From: a virus
Lineage: Duplodnaviria > Heunggongvirae > Uroviricota > Caudoviricetes
IMG/VR virus record: IMGVR_UViG_3300009193_000001
Direction: 5' to 3' (one strand)
DNA length: 64,000 bases
In this document: one piece after another, positions 44,404-55,714 of the stretch
Position numbering within the stretch: position 1 is the stretch's first letter
Layout of the letters: every line of letters starts with the position of its first letter
Translations under genes and position numbers: made by a program
The notes under the pieces: generated by a model
Database searches by the model: none
What the model saw: the letters and a program-made list of their open reading frames with translations, nothing else
Told to the model about the DNA's origin: nothing

Positions 44404-45663
44404 TTAAAGTGATGAGAAGAACGTTAATTCAAAACTCGTGTTTGTTATTGTCACTGCTTGTGTTGCAATATGTCTAGCATATATACGAACATACCCAGAA
44501 TAGTCTCTGTCTGCTCTAATTGGCACAGAGCATGATAGTGTTACATTTGTGTTGTTTGATGAGTATGTGCCATCTGAGGCTCCTAGAACAACATCAGTCA
44601 CAGATGAACCTCCACCAAAAGCCACTACATCAAATAACTCATATCTAAATTCCACGACAGCATTCATTCTAGCACCATGCCCCATCCAGAAATCGCTAGC
44701 AGATTCATTATTCTCATATGTATTCCATGATAATGTTGCAGTGGCTGATGAATTGGTTGTATCTGTGCGTTTAGTTTGTTGTTGTGGTGACTTAGAAAAA
44801 TATAAAGCAGTACCAGTATTATAAAAGTTAGTTAAATATATATCACCAGATGTTGGAACATTTGGTGAATTGTTTGATATATTTGGAACTAACGAACCGG
44901 ACCTATAATAATCCTTGATGTATATAGGATATGTACCACCGAACGTATTATATAAATCGGTCATATAAATCGGTCCAGATGATATGCCCATAGGGATGAA
45001 TGTAGAATTAGATAGTGGGTCAACTCCAGTATTCACAGTGAATACTGGGTTGGTTTGGTTTCCATAAACTACTGTCGTATTTGTTGCTTGTTCATATGCA
45101 GAAGGAGACAATACACGAACTTCGATATAGTCTCCATTAAATACATTAGATGTTGAGGTAAGCCATGCTCCGGAATTTATTCTATATGCCCTACCAGAAC
45201 TGCCAGTAACCGAAATGGTTGTGGATACATTAGAAGATAACCCAGAAACAGTAAATGAAAATGTATAATATTCACTCAGCTTGGCAAACGATATCGACCT
45301 AGATGGAACTGGGTCAGGGATATTATCTGCAGCATCTTCAAAGTATACATATATATATCTATTACTTGCACCAGACATAGTTATAGATATCTGCTGATTA
45401 CCAATAGTATACGCAGGTTTAACCATTCTTGTACCTGAAGAACCAGTAGAAGATAAAGATAAAGTTCCGTCAGTGAAGTAATTCGTTCCGGTATTTATTG
45501 TTACAGTTCTACCTGCGTTGTTTGATATGTATGTTATAGTTAATGTATCGTCAGGGAATAACGATATTCTGTTACTTGATGAACCTGCACCAGTGACTGC
45601 TAATAAATACCCACCGAATTCTGGTTCATATTCTGACGATATATTTATATTATAATTAGCCAT
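44404..45663 (-). CDS. Ser/Thr/Asn-rich fibre-like structural protein
   Basis: 419 aa, low-complexity beta-rich composition typical of fibre shafts; overlaps the end of the giant gene. Confidence 0.45.
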   Translation of the reverse strand: MANYNINISSEYEPEFGGYLLAVTGAGSSSNRISLFPDDTLTITYISNNAGRTVTINTGTNYFTDGTLSLSSTGSSGTRMVKPAYTIGNQQISITMSGASNRYIYVYFEDAADNIPDPVPSRSISFAKLSEYYTFSFTVSGLSSNVSTTISVTGSSGRAYRINSGAWLTSTSNVFNGDYIEVRVLSPSAYEQATNTTVVYGNQTNPVFTVNTGVDPLSNSTFIPMGISSGPIYMTDLYNTFGGTYPIYIKDYYRSGSLVPNISNNSPNVPTSGDIYLTNFYNTGTALYFSKSPQQQTKRTDTTNSSATATLSWNTYENNESASDFWMGHGARMNAVVEFRYELFDVVAFGGGSSVTDVVLGASDGTYSSNNTNVTLSCSVPIRADRDYSGYVRIYARHIATQAVTITNTSFELTFFSSL

Positions 45664-48600
45664 TTATTTTCACCATTTCGATTATAGTTTCCATTTTAGA
45701 TTTTAGGTTATCAATTTCAGTCTTCAGGTTATCAATTTCAATTTCCTGTTTGTTTATGACGATTCTATCTTCGTTGGCTGATTCTACTAACAACCCAATC
45801 ATGGCAGACATCGAAACATTGAGTTTCTGTTTATCCGTTATTAATGGGTCGTCCGAATCTGTGAATATAATAGCCTCTGGTAATATCTTCTGAACTTCTT
45901 GTGCTATAACGCCAGCATGTTGTTGGTTGTCCATATCATAACGACCGAAAGTACAACCACGAATAGACATCCTTTTATTAGAAGCATCTTCAATATTACA
46001 TATATCGTACTTAACACGTATATCTGATGTTGCACCAGCATCTGTACCTGTGATTACACCACTTGTACTAATATTCCAAGAGTTACCATTTAATAAATTA
46101 CCTCTAAAACTATGAGTCGTTCCAGTTGTGTTGCCGTGGTACTGTGTTGGTGAATAATTATAATATGTGGGAACAGAAGACTGTATATAAAGTGTACCAC
46201 CAGCGAATGCTGTTCGGTTTGTTGCATCTGTGTAGAAATAACCACGTGTGGCATCACCAACATAAAATCTCCCAGCTCTTATAGAATTAGTGGAACCTTG
46301 AATTTCTACACCGACAGAAGAATATAAATTAACACCCGAGTGCCAAGCAACATCATACCATATCCCAGAAGTGTTACCTGAGTTGATATTAACTGTAGAC
46401 GCCTTTGTTGCTGTAGTTGCATTACCAGAAAATGTAGCAGCAGTCACAGTACCAGAACCAGCATTTATACTATTATTATTGGTTATTATTGCACCATACA
46501 ACCAATTAGTTCCCTGCGAATATATACCAGAAGGGCAATATATAGCGGCACCAGTACCACCAACATTGGCGTTACCAGCAAACGATTTTGCTGCTATCTG
46601 ACCAACAGCCGGATTTATCGTTACTGGTTGTACAGAACTATACAGTGAATTACCTGAATGCCACACAACCTCATATATAGAATTTGATGTATTATCGGCA
46701 TTTATGGTGACGGTCGATGCCTTAGCGGCAGTAGCAGATAAACCTAAATATTTAGATGTTAAAGCTGTACCATTTTCATAAAAGTTAACACCATGTATTT
46801 GCGCCCATCTCCAAGAATTTGTTCCCATGTAACTAGAACCATTAGAAAATGGTAAAAATCCACCCCCAGCGGATGGTGCTCGAAGGTAATTATCATCACT
46901 AGCTGGATTATTTATTGGATTAAATCTTGGGTAGGTCGAGCTACCTGATGTGTCCAGACTAACATAAGGGAACGTTGCAGCAGAAGCTAAACCTTCAAGT
47001 CCACCACCAGATTTTATTTGCCCAACAGTGAATGAAGTTACACGTTGAGTTATAACAGAGAATCCATTAGTTGAATTATAACCAGAAACATATCTAACAA
47101 TAAGGAAATATTGTATAGTATCATTATCGGCTGCGTTATGACCAACATCAGTAACATTAACATTCACGGTTAAATCATAAGTTCTATAATTCGACTCATT
47201 ATCAATCCAAACTTCACCAGTATGGTCTTTGTTATATACATCAACAAGACCACCATCATTTATAGACCTCTTCACAGTAAAATTATATATTGGTGATGGG
47301 TTTGTGGTTGATGATGATTGATTTAATTGATAATGGAATTTAAACGATATTTCTACATCATTTGAGTTACCTGCAGGAATTTCTAATACAGGTAGTGATG
47401 TTGTACCAGATGGAGTCACCATATACGGTAATGATGTATGCTCATACACACCACCAGTAGAACCTTGAACTGGTGGTGCAATCAAATCCCATATATTCTT
47501 AGTGAATACATCGGCACTATCAATTGTGTTAGCAGCAAGACCACCACCCAACTGAAGAACAGTCTTTTCTGATGTTTGTCCTGCATTCACAGTAACAAAG
47601 TTCAACATGGTATCGTTATTATTTTTCACAACAATAGGTGAACTGGCTAAACTATCTAAAACGACAGTCTTACCTTGCGAATTAGCAACATCACCAACAT
47701 ATATTTTAGGAGATTCAATTAAAGAATTAGACTTAATTGAGTGACCTTCGATTATACCAGCTTTAATATTTTCTGAACGAATGAATCCAGCACCAACACG
47801 TTTAACGCTAGGGTTGAAGAAGTGGTTAGTTACTGATGTTCCATTATTATAATGATTCAGGAATCTTATCTTACAACTTTTTTGTTCTGGTCGCAACTTC
47901 CAAAGGGTGGTGACATTAGATGCTTGTGGTATAGTATTTATGTCGACATTGGCACCAATAATATATGCCTTCATTATTCTCCACGAACCATTCGAGACAT
48001 CACCTAACCAAAAATATGCATTAGATGCTGGATTACCTATGGTTAATGTTGTTGGATTATATGAGTCCATAACTGATGTTGTTGATGCACCAGAAATATT
48101 ATATATGTCGTCATCGTAAGCATATACACCAAAATATCTAGTTCCTGTGTCATCTGGTGCGTCGCTATATATACTTAAGCTAACTTCATATACTTCGTCA
48201 TGGTCTATGGCGAATGCATCCGATAGAACCTGAACGTCGCCACTGGTTGTAACTTTCATTGTCTTGACCGTAGAGCCATACAACATAACTTCATCAACTA
48301 GTGGATAATTCCCAGACCATCCATCATTCTTGCCGCTTGTACTGAAATTGTTAACACCACTAATGGCACCAACATATAAATTTTCAGCACGAACAACGTT
48401 AGTAGATAATTCTCTTGTTGTAATTGCACCAGCAGAAATCTTTTCTGATATGATAGAATTAGCTAGAATTTTAGGCGAGGAAATTGCACCATCAGAAATA
48501 TCAGTTTCTGTTATTGGGAACTTATTATTTAAATCGGTTTCCAATTGACCGATATCACCGGATAGTTCTTCTATTTCTAGTCGAAGTTCGGCATCATCAT

Positions 48601-50998
48601 AGCCAACAGTGATAGGAACATACGCCAATAAAATCTCAGGAGAAAATGTTATACTATCAGTACCAAATTCATCATAATGACCAATTCTAGCATACTTGTC
48701 TCCGACACCTTCAGGGAATTGATATAAGTATGAATCGTTGACCGTAGTTTTATATAGAGAAGATGCGTTTGGCGTGAATCCGGTTGTTCCTGATATGTGT
48801 ATCTGTGTAGCAGCAAAGTCAGGTTCAGTTCTTACATCCCAAGTCAAATTGGATATTTGTAGCTTGTTATTTGCAACGAAGTTTGTTGGTGCTGTTATTT
48901 GTGGATTAACACCAAGAACATCAACACCATCACCAGATACATCATTGATATCGAATATCTGAACGGTGAATGTAACTGAACGATTAACTCCACTAGGTGA
49001 TGCTTGATTTTCTGGTAAAGTATAAACAAAAAATGGGTCTGTAACTTTATGGGTTGATTGTGCGACATTATTCTTAATTACCGTAATTAAATAGTAACCA
49101 AAAACATCGCGAACTACACCATTAGAACCACCACCATTTGGGTCATCTGCAGATACTGAGTTATTAATTGGATACGACATAGCATCATCCCAATTAAGAG
49201 AAAAACTACTTGTAGACGCATCGACTGTTAAATTTTCAATTAATGGTAAAGTATAATCTATACCAACTATATGAGATTCGATAGTAGACCAAATAGATGT
49301 GCCTAAAATATTATCGTTTGTTCTAATCCTAAAATCATATGTGTCTTTTTTAAGATTATAAACATGATATTTATTTTGTGTATGGTGAGATGCTATTCTG
49401 GTCCAATTTGGTTCGCTCTGTAATTTATATTCTATATCATAACCAGTAGAATGCGTAAAATGTTGAGGTGTCCAAGTTAAAATACCATACCCATTAGTTA
49501 CATATGTTTTAAGGTCGAAGTTTAAGTTTAATGGAGGTTTAATTTCTGCTGTTGTTGGTAACTTCGATGATGGTGCGCCTTCAAGTGTTTCTGTGTAAAT
49601 TGAATCATCATATTCCGACAAATTTATAGTCGCGATGTTAAATCCACCAGTTTCACTTGCGACCGATTGGTTCATCGACTGTACACGCATTTTCTTTTTT
49701 ACCCAACCATAAATTGGATGGGTAACTTCAACAACCGACCAAATACCTAATAATGGGTAGTCCAATAAATCTATATCAAACGAGCAGGTTTTCTGAAATT
49801 CTGCTCGTTTATATTCACGGTTAGTTAATAATTTAACACCACGACTAACTTCACCTAAATCAGATTCATATGCATCTACAGAATATGGTAATTCTATAGA
49901 TTTTGTTATAATTTCACCATCTATAAAAATTCTAGTCGGGTGAAATTCATGCGTCATCGATAGTCTATCTGTTGCATCTGCAGGGATAACATAATCTGAT
50001 GAGTTTTCTGAGTTTATTTCAGACTTATAACTTGCACTAACAACATTATAATAGTTACCACTTGAGTCAGGTCGAACAGAGAATGTACCCTCTAAAATAT
50101 TATCAAAATCAAATGAATATACCGATGTAAGCTCTAAATCTTCGAATAATATTTTTATTTTACCTTGGTGTATGACTAAAGCACCACCAAAAGTAGATAG
50201 CATTTTTTGTAAAGTTTCAGAAAATGCTTCGTTAGCATCTATTTGTGCGTTTATTTCTAAACCTAAAAATTCACATCGATTAGCTACATGTTTAAATGAT
50301 TCTAAATCTATGTAATCTTCAGTAATCCCCATACCAAAATAATCTGATGTTAAAAAATCATATATAGCTAAAGATGGGTTTGAACTTGCACCATCATATA
50401 AACCAGTGCGAACATCGTATATATCAACAGCAGTAACTTTAACTATTATATTATATCGGTCACCGAAGATTACAAAATCTTGGTCTAATGTCGCATCAGC
50501 GTATATAGTTATGTTTGGGACTAAAGCACCTTTTGCTGATGTTTTTACCTCACCATCAGAATTATTAACCATTGTGTCGGCTGCTACTTGGTTCTCTTGT
50601 CCAGAGCGCCAATGCATAACTAATTCTTTAGATTGTTGGTATGGTTCTCTCATTTGTGAATCTGAATATTTTCCAGAAATTGCAGAAGTTGCGACAGTTA
50701 AATCATTCTTGTCAACCTCGAACATTTTTTTATCATCAATCCATACATTATGGAAGATTAAAGGTCCAATACCTGCTACCGAAAACGTATCTACTCGAAA
50801 ACTTCGGTCTCTGTTTAATACGTTAGTGTATACGTTAGTACATGAAACTAAACACGTACCATAAACTCTATCTCTACCGGATAGAGTACCTTGTTTTGTT
50901 AATTTAGTACCACCAGCATCATCAGGTGCAATATTTCTGGCGTACATCACAGAACCAACCGCTATAATTAGTGCTGCTATTGCTACTATACCACCCAT
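45656..50998 (-). CDS. Giant tail tip / host-specificity (J-like) fibre protein with C-terminal intramolecular chaperone (peptidase S74) domain
   Basis: 1780 aa; fibronectin-III-like segments; C-terminus SDIRVKYDI...GVIAQEVQKILPEAI... followed by coiled coil, matching the auto-cleaving chaperone domain of T5 pb1 / endosialidases. N-terminal hydrophobic segment. Confidence 0.6.
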   Translation of the reverse strand: MGGIVAIAALIIAVGSVMYARNIAPDDAGGTKLTKQGTLSGRDRVYGTCLVSCTNVYTNVLNRDRSFRVDTFSVAGIGPLIFHNVWIDDKKMFEVDKNDLTVATSAISGKYSDSQMREPYQQSKELVMHWRSGQENQVAADTMVNNSDGEVKTSAKGALVPNITIYADATLDQDFVIFGDRYNIIVKVTAVDIYDVRTGLYDGASSNPSLAIYDFLTSDYFGMGITEDYIDLESFKHVANRCEFLGLEINAQIDANEAFSETLQKMLSTFGGALVIHQGKIKILFEDLELTSVYSFDFDNILEGTFSVRPDSSGNYYNVVSASYKSEINSENSSDYVIPADATDRLSMTHEFHPTRIFIDGEIITKSIELPYSVDAYESDLGEVSRGVKLLTNREYKRAEFQKTCSFDIDLLDYPLLGIWSVVEVTHPIYGWVKKKMRVQSMNQSVASETGGFNIATINLSEYDDSIYTETLEGAPSSKLPTTAEIKPPLNLNFDLKTYVTNGYGILTWTPQHFTHSTGYDIEYKLQSEPNWTRIASHHTQNKYHVYNLKKDTYDFRIRTNDNILGTSIWSTIESHIVGIDYTLPLIENLTVDASTSSFSLNWDDAMSYPINNSVSADDPNGGGSNGVVRDVFGYYLITVIKNNVAQSTHKVTDPFFVYTLPENQASPSGVNRSVTFTVQIFDINDVSGDGVDVLGVNPQITAPTNFVANNKLQISNLTWDVRTEPDFAATQIHISGTTGFTPNASSLYKTTVNDSYLYQFPEGVGDKYARIGHYDEFGTDSITFSPEILLAYVPITVGYDDAELRLEIEELSGDIGQLETDLNNKFPITETDISDGAISSPKILANSIISEKISAGAITTRELSTNVVRAENLYVGAISGVNNFSTSGKNDGWSGNYPLVDEVMLYGSTVKTMKVTTSGDVQVLSDAFAIDHDEVYEVSLSIYSDAPDDTGTRYFGVYAYDDDIYNISGASTTSVMDSYNPTTLTIGNPASNAYFWLGDVSNGSWRIMKAYIIGANVDINTIPQASNVTTLWKLRPEQKSCKIRFLNHYNNGTSVTNHFFNPSVKRVGAGFIRSENIKAGIIEGHSIKSNSLIESPKIYVGDVANSQGKTVVLDSLASSPIVVKNNNDTMLNFVTVNAGQTSEKTVLQLGGGLAANTIDSADVFTKNIWDLIAPPVQGSTGGVYEHTSLPYMVTPSGTTSLPVLEIPAGNSNDVEISFKFHYQLNQSSSTTNPSPIYNFTVKRSINDGGLVDVYNKDHTGEVWIDNESNYRTYDLTVNVNVTDVGHNAADNDTIQYFLIVRYVSGYNSTNGFSVITQRVTSFTVGQIKSGGGLEGLASAATFPYVSLDTSGSSTYPRFNPINNPASDDNYLRAPSAGGGFLPFSNGSSYMGTNSWRWAQIHGVNFYENGTALTSKYLGLSATAAKASTVTINADNTSNSIYEVVWHSGNSLYSSVQPVTINPAVGQIAAKSFAGNANVGGTGAAIYCPSGIYSQGTNWLYGAIITNNNSINAGSGTVTAATFSGNATTATKASTVNINSGNTSGIWYDVAWHSGVNLYSSVGVEIQGSTNSIRAGRFYVGDATRGYFYTDATNRTAFAGGTLYIQSSVPTYYNYSPTQYHGNTTGTTHSFRGNLLNGNSWNISTSGVITGTDAGATSDIRVKYDICNIEDASNKRMSIRGCTFGRYDMDNQQHAGVIAQEVQKILPEAIIFTDSDDPLITDKQKLNVSMSAMIGLLVESANEDRIVINKQEIEIDNLKTEIDNLKSKMETIIEMVKING

Positions 50999-51411
50999 TA
51001 TTTTCTCCTAAATATAGTATAATCTTCTTCGTTATATTTATCTTTTGATATAATAGAAAATATGTTGTCATCATTGACACCGAACCACTTATCACCTAAA
51101 GATATAAACACATCATGACAATCATGGAAGGTTACAATATCTAGTGGTTGTTGGAAGTTACAATCTACTGTTTTATATATATCTTCAGAATTCAACATCT
51201 CAAATACAGAAGAAACACCAAACTCTTTTCGAGCAACACGTACTGCACCAGTTAAAGTCTTATATCTACCTTTAAATTTTTCAAATTTTGTTTTATCGAA
51301 TAATTCAAGAACTAATAAATTACAGTCGGTAGTTCCTCTAATATGTAACTGGTTGTTGTATCTATTTATTATTTTTGATGCTGATAATAAATCCATTACT
51401 CGTCCCTCCAA
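50998..51411 (-). CDS. NlpC/P60-like tail-tip protein (lambda gpK-like)
   Basis: Conserved Cys in TDCNLLVLELF and downstream His (FHDCHD), consistent with NlpC/P60 C/H; position between tip proteins and the J-like gene. Confidence 0.35.
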   Translation of the reverse strand: MEGRVMDLLSASKIINRYNNQLHIRGTTDCNLLVLELFDKTKFEKFKGRYKTLTGAVRVARKEFGVSSVFEMLNSEDIYKTVDCNFQQPLDIVTFHDCHDVFISLGDKWFGVNDDNIFSIISKDKYNEEDYTIFRRK

Positions 51412-51938
51412 GTTTCTTCACCAATTCCGGTATCTGCGGTATATTTAAAGAATGTATCTCCGGTATGTAAAGATTGATGATGAGCTAATGAGGTTGTCAT
51501 CAGGTTACTGTTTCTATCCAAGCTCTTGAATATAGATTGTGTTTCAAATATAATTGATATAGTACCAGAAGTTTCATCAAATTCAGTTACTGGTGTTCCA
51601 GCGAAACCTCGATGATAGAATATTGCGGCTGTTATATTATTTGAATTATCTGGTAAGTTTGCTAACCAGATATCAACTGGTGCATTTCTGAAACCGTTTT
51701 GGTCGATGATTGGTTGGTATGCTGTGTTAACACCGGATAATCTAATTTCTACGTTATCTGTTATTAATTCATAATTGGATTCATGGTCACCTATATTCAA
51801 AAGGTCACCTGCTGCAGTCCACAAATAACCGTTATAATTTACGTCGAATGGTGCACTTGTTAAACGAAACGGAGTTATCTCACCAGTTTCGTGATTCTTA
51901 TATCTTAATTCCATTAGAATTACTTTTCCTAGTGACAT
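51396..51938 (-). CDS. Minor tail protein (lambda gpL-like position)
   Basis: 180-aa ORF in the tail-tip gene block; positional inference. Confidence 0.35.
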   Translation of the reverse strand: MSLGKVILMELRYKNHETGEITPFRLTSAPFDVNYNGYLWTAAGDLLNIGDHESNYELITDNVEIRLSGVNTAYQPIIDQNGFRNAPVDIWLANLPDNSNNITAAIFYHRGFAGTPVTEFDETSGTISIIFETQSIFKSLDRNSNLMTTSLAHHQSLHTGDTFFKYTADTGIGEETWRDE

Positions 51939-51953
51939 TGTTTTCTCCTCATT

Positions 51954-52547
51954 TTAATAAAGTTCTTCGGTCCAAGTTAAAATTACCGATGAAATTAATC
52001 CACCGTTATTGTGTGTTATTGTTGTATTATTTGTATCTAATATTACAGTAAATTTCGGATTGATAAAATTAATGTCTTCGTTTATATTATGTTGGATTTT
52101 TAATGCTGGAACTATACCAACTGATGGATTACCGTATAATGGTATATCGTCGATTATAGTATATAATTTAGTTTCATTTGGTAGTGTAAATACCGAACCT
52201 GCATATATTTTATCGTTACCGATAAATGGTGAAATGTTTATAGTTTCACTACCAATATTATATGAAGCGTTTAATTTTGGGTTGGTCGTTATATTGTCAT
52301 AGCCATACGCACCACCTAACTGAAGTTCGAACGAATTTAATCGACCTCTTAATTTTATTAAGAACCCATTAAGTATCTTAGCAGAATCAAAACCGGAAGC
52401 GGTTAGTGTCAGGCTACCGGAATATTTCTGTATACCTGAATCTTGTCTATATTGTATACCTGATATCGATTTCGAGGTGTATGTTCGATGTTCGTTAGTT
52501 ATAGTAACGTCAGATATGATTAAATTTGTTGGTATTTTTTCAGCCAT
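51954..52547 (-). CDS. Minor tail / distal tail protein
   Basis: 197-aa ORF downstream of the tape measure; positional inference. Confidence 0.35.
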   Translation of the reverse strand: MAEKIPTNLIISDVTITNEHRTYTSKSISGIQYRQDSGIQKYSGSLTLTASGFDSAKILNGFLIKLRGRLNSFELQLGGAYGYDNITTNPKLNASYNIGSETINISPFIGNDKIYAGSVFTLPNETKLYTIIDDIPLYGNPSVGIVPALKIQHNINEDINFINPKFTVILDTNNTTITHNNGGLISSVILTWTEELY

Positions 52548-52556
52548 GTAATTGCC

Positions 52557-53078
52557 TCATATATGGTCATTTAATGCGTGGTTAGATAGTGATAGTGTAT
52601 CATTGGATACTACTATCTTTGATGTCATAAGTTTTTGTATATGGTGTAAATCTATTCTAACACCACAAAAATTAATTATGGATATTACGCAATTTATATC
52701 ATTCATATCTGCGAAATCTACTCTCATACAATTTTTAGATTTTATATATTTTAATTTATTATACATATTATCTAATATAATATTATGTTGCTCGGTGTTT
52801 TTGTAATCGAAAGATTTTATTAATGATTGTTTTATATCATCTATATGTCTATCGATTAATATAAGTGGACTTTCGCCCACTATATTAGAGTTATAACCCA
52901 GCGGATATGTGTCTGCTGAGCCGATATTATCGTAACCATATAACTTAGGTAGAGTTGGTGACAATAAACCTTTTCGTTGGGATAATGCTTCATGAAAGCA
53001 ATATGAATCACCGAACGACAATAAATGGGATAACCATAATGACCTACATCTTGGCATACCCAACAAAAAGAAATTCAT
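52557..53078 (-). CDS. Minor tail protein
   Basis: 173-aa ORF immediately after the tape measure gene. Confidence 0.35.
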   Translation of the reverse strand: MNFFLLGMPRCRSLWLSHLLSFGDSYCFHEALSQRKGLLSPTLPKLYGYDNIGSADTYPLGYNSNIVGESPLILIDRHIDDIKQSLIKSFDYKNTEQHNIILDNMYNKLKYIKSKNCMRVDFADMNDINCVISIINFCGVRIDLHHIQKLMTSKIVVSNDTLSLSNHALNDHI

Positions 53079-55267
53079 TATTGACTCCTTACGCTTCTTC
53101 TACTAGGACGTTTACGTTCTTCCTTGCTCATTAAAGCTGCTATGTTAGATTGTTGTTTTGATAATGCTTGTGCAAAGACTTTTTCATCAACTAATGATGG
53201 ACCCATTTGTATTGTTGATGTGATGTTGACACCACTACCAGAAGATTCTGGGTTATCTAAGAATTTAGTTAACTTTTTATTGGCCTCTGGTTGAACAACT
53301 CGTTCACCAGCTTTAAGCATAAATGATTTATTATCCATAGAAGATGGTAATGAATCTGTACCACCATGAAATTGACCTGCTAGGCTCGAAACTGCACCTA
53401 TAGCAGCAATTGATGCCGGAATTTTGGCATAAAACGATAACGTCGGGTCAGACCATACTTGTATACCTGCCTGTATAGCCGATATAGCCGCTTGTGTTTT
53501 TGCGTAGGTTTCTTGAGCCTTCAACTGAACACCAAATGCATCAGCTATCTGGTCTACGTCGCCCAAAACTGCGGCTTCTCTGACTTGTTGTGCCTCGGCT
53601 TCTTTTTCTGCTTTTTCTTCAGCATAACGCTCTTCTAACTCTTTCTTTTGTAATAAATAATTTTCGTCGGTTAAGTAGTCGTTCTCATATTTTAATATAA
53701 GTGCAGCTTGCTGGTCTGCATATTTTTGAGTAAGTATTTCTTGCTCATATGCAGCATCTATCGCATTCTGTTCGACCTTAGTTTTGGACATATTGCGTTC
53801 AAAATTATATGTGTCGGTTAATGTTTTTCTACGGGCCTCTTCTACACGTCTTGCTTCTGAGATTTTTTCTGCATTTCTGCGCTTCTCTTCGTCGTCTGCA
53901 GTCTTTTGGATTTGTAAACCGATTTGTGTATATTTATCACGTAAACCCAATAACGCCATTTGATATTCTTCTTCGGATATCAATTTCATTTCTAGGTTCA
54001 TTTCTAGAGTTTTTTGTTCTTCTACTAAAGCACGAGTCGGGTCTGATTTTGTTGCCGATGTTGAGTAGCTAGCCAGTTTGGCTGCTTGTTTTTCTGCAGT
54101 CTTAATACGGTTAGTTTCTGCAGTTATCGCATCTTTTTCTGTTTTCTCTCTTGCTCTTTTGGCGTCTTCTTTGGCTTTTTTTGCAGCTTCGGCAGCTTTT
54201 TCTTCTGCTTTTGTTTTGTCTTCTAATGCCTTAAGTTGAGCTTGAAGTATTTTTAAGTTAGCTAGAGCTGTTTTGTTTGCGCCATTTTGTGCAAACTTAT
54301 GGTTCTCTATTGCTTCTGAACCTTTACCGTAATATTCGATTTCTAGCTTGAGCGATTCTGTAAGTTTTTTTATTGTAGAATCTGCGTCGATTGATTCTTT
54401 TGTCGCACCAGATGCAACTATAGTTAATGATGCTCGTTGGTCGGTTTGTTGCTTTAATGCTAATGTTAACTTATCGACTTCCTTCTTCTCATTACTCATG
54501 TAGTCTATACTTTTTTCGATTGTATATGTACGCTTAGATTCCCAATCATAGTAAGATACGCTAGTTTTCGTTGCTTCTTTTTTTGCTTCTGTTAGTGCTT
54601 CTTCGGATTTTAATATTTTTTTATTTAATTTAACTAGTTGGTCTGATGCTTCTTTAACGTTTAATCGCTTAGATACATCACTAGTCATAGCACTATTGTT
54701 TAATTTAGTTATAGCATCAGCTAATTCTATTACACCTTCTGTGGTTTTTTGTGCTTGTTTTTCAGCCGCGACTCCAGCAGCATTAAATATACCAACACCA
54801 ACCGCACCGATAGCCAACGCTGCACCAGCAAGTGCACCAGCAGCACCAAACGCACCAAGGAATTGTGAACCCTGTTGTGCGATGATTGTGGTTGCTTGTA
54901 TACCCATTTGTGCCTGAACAAAAGTATCCTGTAATTGGAAACCTGCTTGTTGTGCTATACTACGACTCTTTCGAGATGCAGATTGCTGTAAAGTTAGTTT
55001 ATCACGTTCATGTTTTGCTTGTCTTCGTGATGCTTCTGCATAGGCTTCGGTTTCTGCCTTTGCTCTTTTCTTAGCTATCATCTCAGCAGCTTTAGCGGCC
55101 TTATTATCATCTGAATTTTGTTGGCTATTACTTTTTTGGTTTGTTTTCTCAAGCTCTTTTAGACGCTTGTCGGTTTGTTTTACCATCTCGGCTAATTGTG
55201 ACCGATAGGTTGCAGTATTTGCAACCATATCGACCGCTAACCGAGCAATATTAATCTCTTTTGCCAT
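53078..55267 (-). CDS. Tail tape measure protein
   Basis: 729 aa, extended Ala/Lys/Glu-rich coiled coil with Gly/Ala-rich hydrophobic central segment; follows G/GT chaperones. Confidence 0.7.
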   Translation of the reverse strand: MAKEINIARLAVDMVANTATYRSQLAEMVKQTDKRLKELEKTNQKSNSQQNSDDNKAAKAAEMIAKKRAKAETEAYAEASRRQAKHERDKLTLQQSASRKSRSIAQQAGFQLQDTFVQAQMGIQATTIIAQQGSQFLGAFGAAGALAGAALAIGAVGVGIFNAAGVAAEKQAQKTTEGVIELADAITKLNNSAMTSDVSKRLNVKEASDQLVKLNKKILKSEEALTEAKKEATKTSVSYYDWESKRTYTIEKSIDYMSNEKKEVDKLTLALKQQTDQRASLTIVASGATKESIDADSTIKKLTESLKLEIEYYGKGSEAIENHKFAQNGANKTALANLKILQAQLKALEDKTKAEEKAAEAAKKAKEDAKRAREKTEKDAITAETNRIKTAEKQAAKLASYSTSATKSDPTRALVEEQKTLEMNLEMKLISEEEYQMALLGLRDKYTQIGLQIQKTADDEEKRRNAEKISEARRVEEARRKTLTDTYNFERNMSKTKVEQNAIDAAYEQEILTQKYADQQAALILKYENDYLTDENYLLQKKELEERYAEEKAEKEAEAQQVREAAVLGDVDQIADAFGVQLKAQETYAKTQAAISAIQAGIQVWSDPTLSFYAKIPASIAAIGAVSSLAGQFHGGTDSLPSSMDNKSFMLKAGERVVQPEANKKLTKFLDNPESSGSGVNITSTIQMGPSLVDEKVFAQALSKQQSNIAALMSKEERKRPSRRSVRSQ

Positions 55268-55685
55268 TTGCGATATTTCCTAATAAAACGTTTAATTGTT
55301 TAATCTTGAGTTCGTCAGGTTGGCGCTTAGCTGATTCGATTTTTATTTCTTCCATTATTAATGGGCGAACATATTCGTAATCTGGTGCTACGCCTCGAAG
55401 CTCGCAACCATGCTCATGGCGACGAATGAGTTCTTTGGCTGTTTGTACCGTTTTATCGGATAACCAAGATGGTGCTTCATTGCTCATATACGGAAATAGT
55501 TCAGCTACTTTAATTTGCTTTTTTCTACGTGCGTTGAATGTTTCGGCAATTAGCAGACCCTCACGCCTCGATGAAATATCGTGGGTGAATGGCTCCAAGT
55601 AATTTAGAGCAAGCATATTATTAAATTCGGACAAAGGTAGACTATCTATATAATCTAGGGTCCACCCTGTCGCTACTGCCAACAT
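55251..55685 (-). CDS. Tail assembly chaperone T portion (expressed as GT fusion by -1 frameshift)
   Basis: ORF lies in the -1 frame relative to the upstream 105-aa ORF; an A_AAA_AAA slippery heptamer sits at the end of the G ORF; no stop between the slip site and this ORF. Confidence 0.55.
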   Translation of the reverse strand: MLAVATGWTLDYIDSLPLSEFNNMLALNYLEPFTHDISSRREGLLIAETFNARRKKQIKVAELFPYMSNEAPSWLSDKTVQTAKELIRRHEHGCELRGVAPDYEYVRPLIMEEIKIESAKRQPDELKIKQLNVLLGNIANGKRD

Positions 55686-55714
55686 CAGTCTGAATTTATA
55701 TGCTTCGTCTGCTA

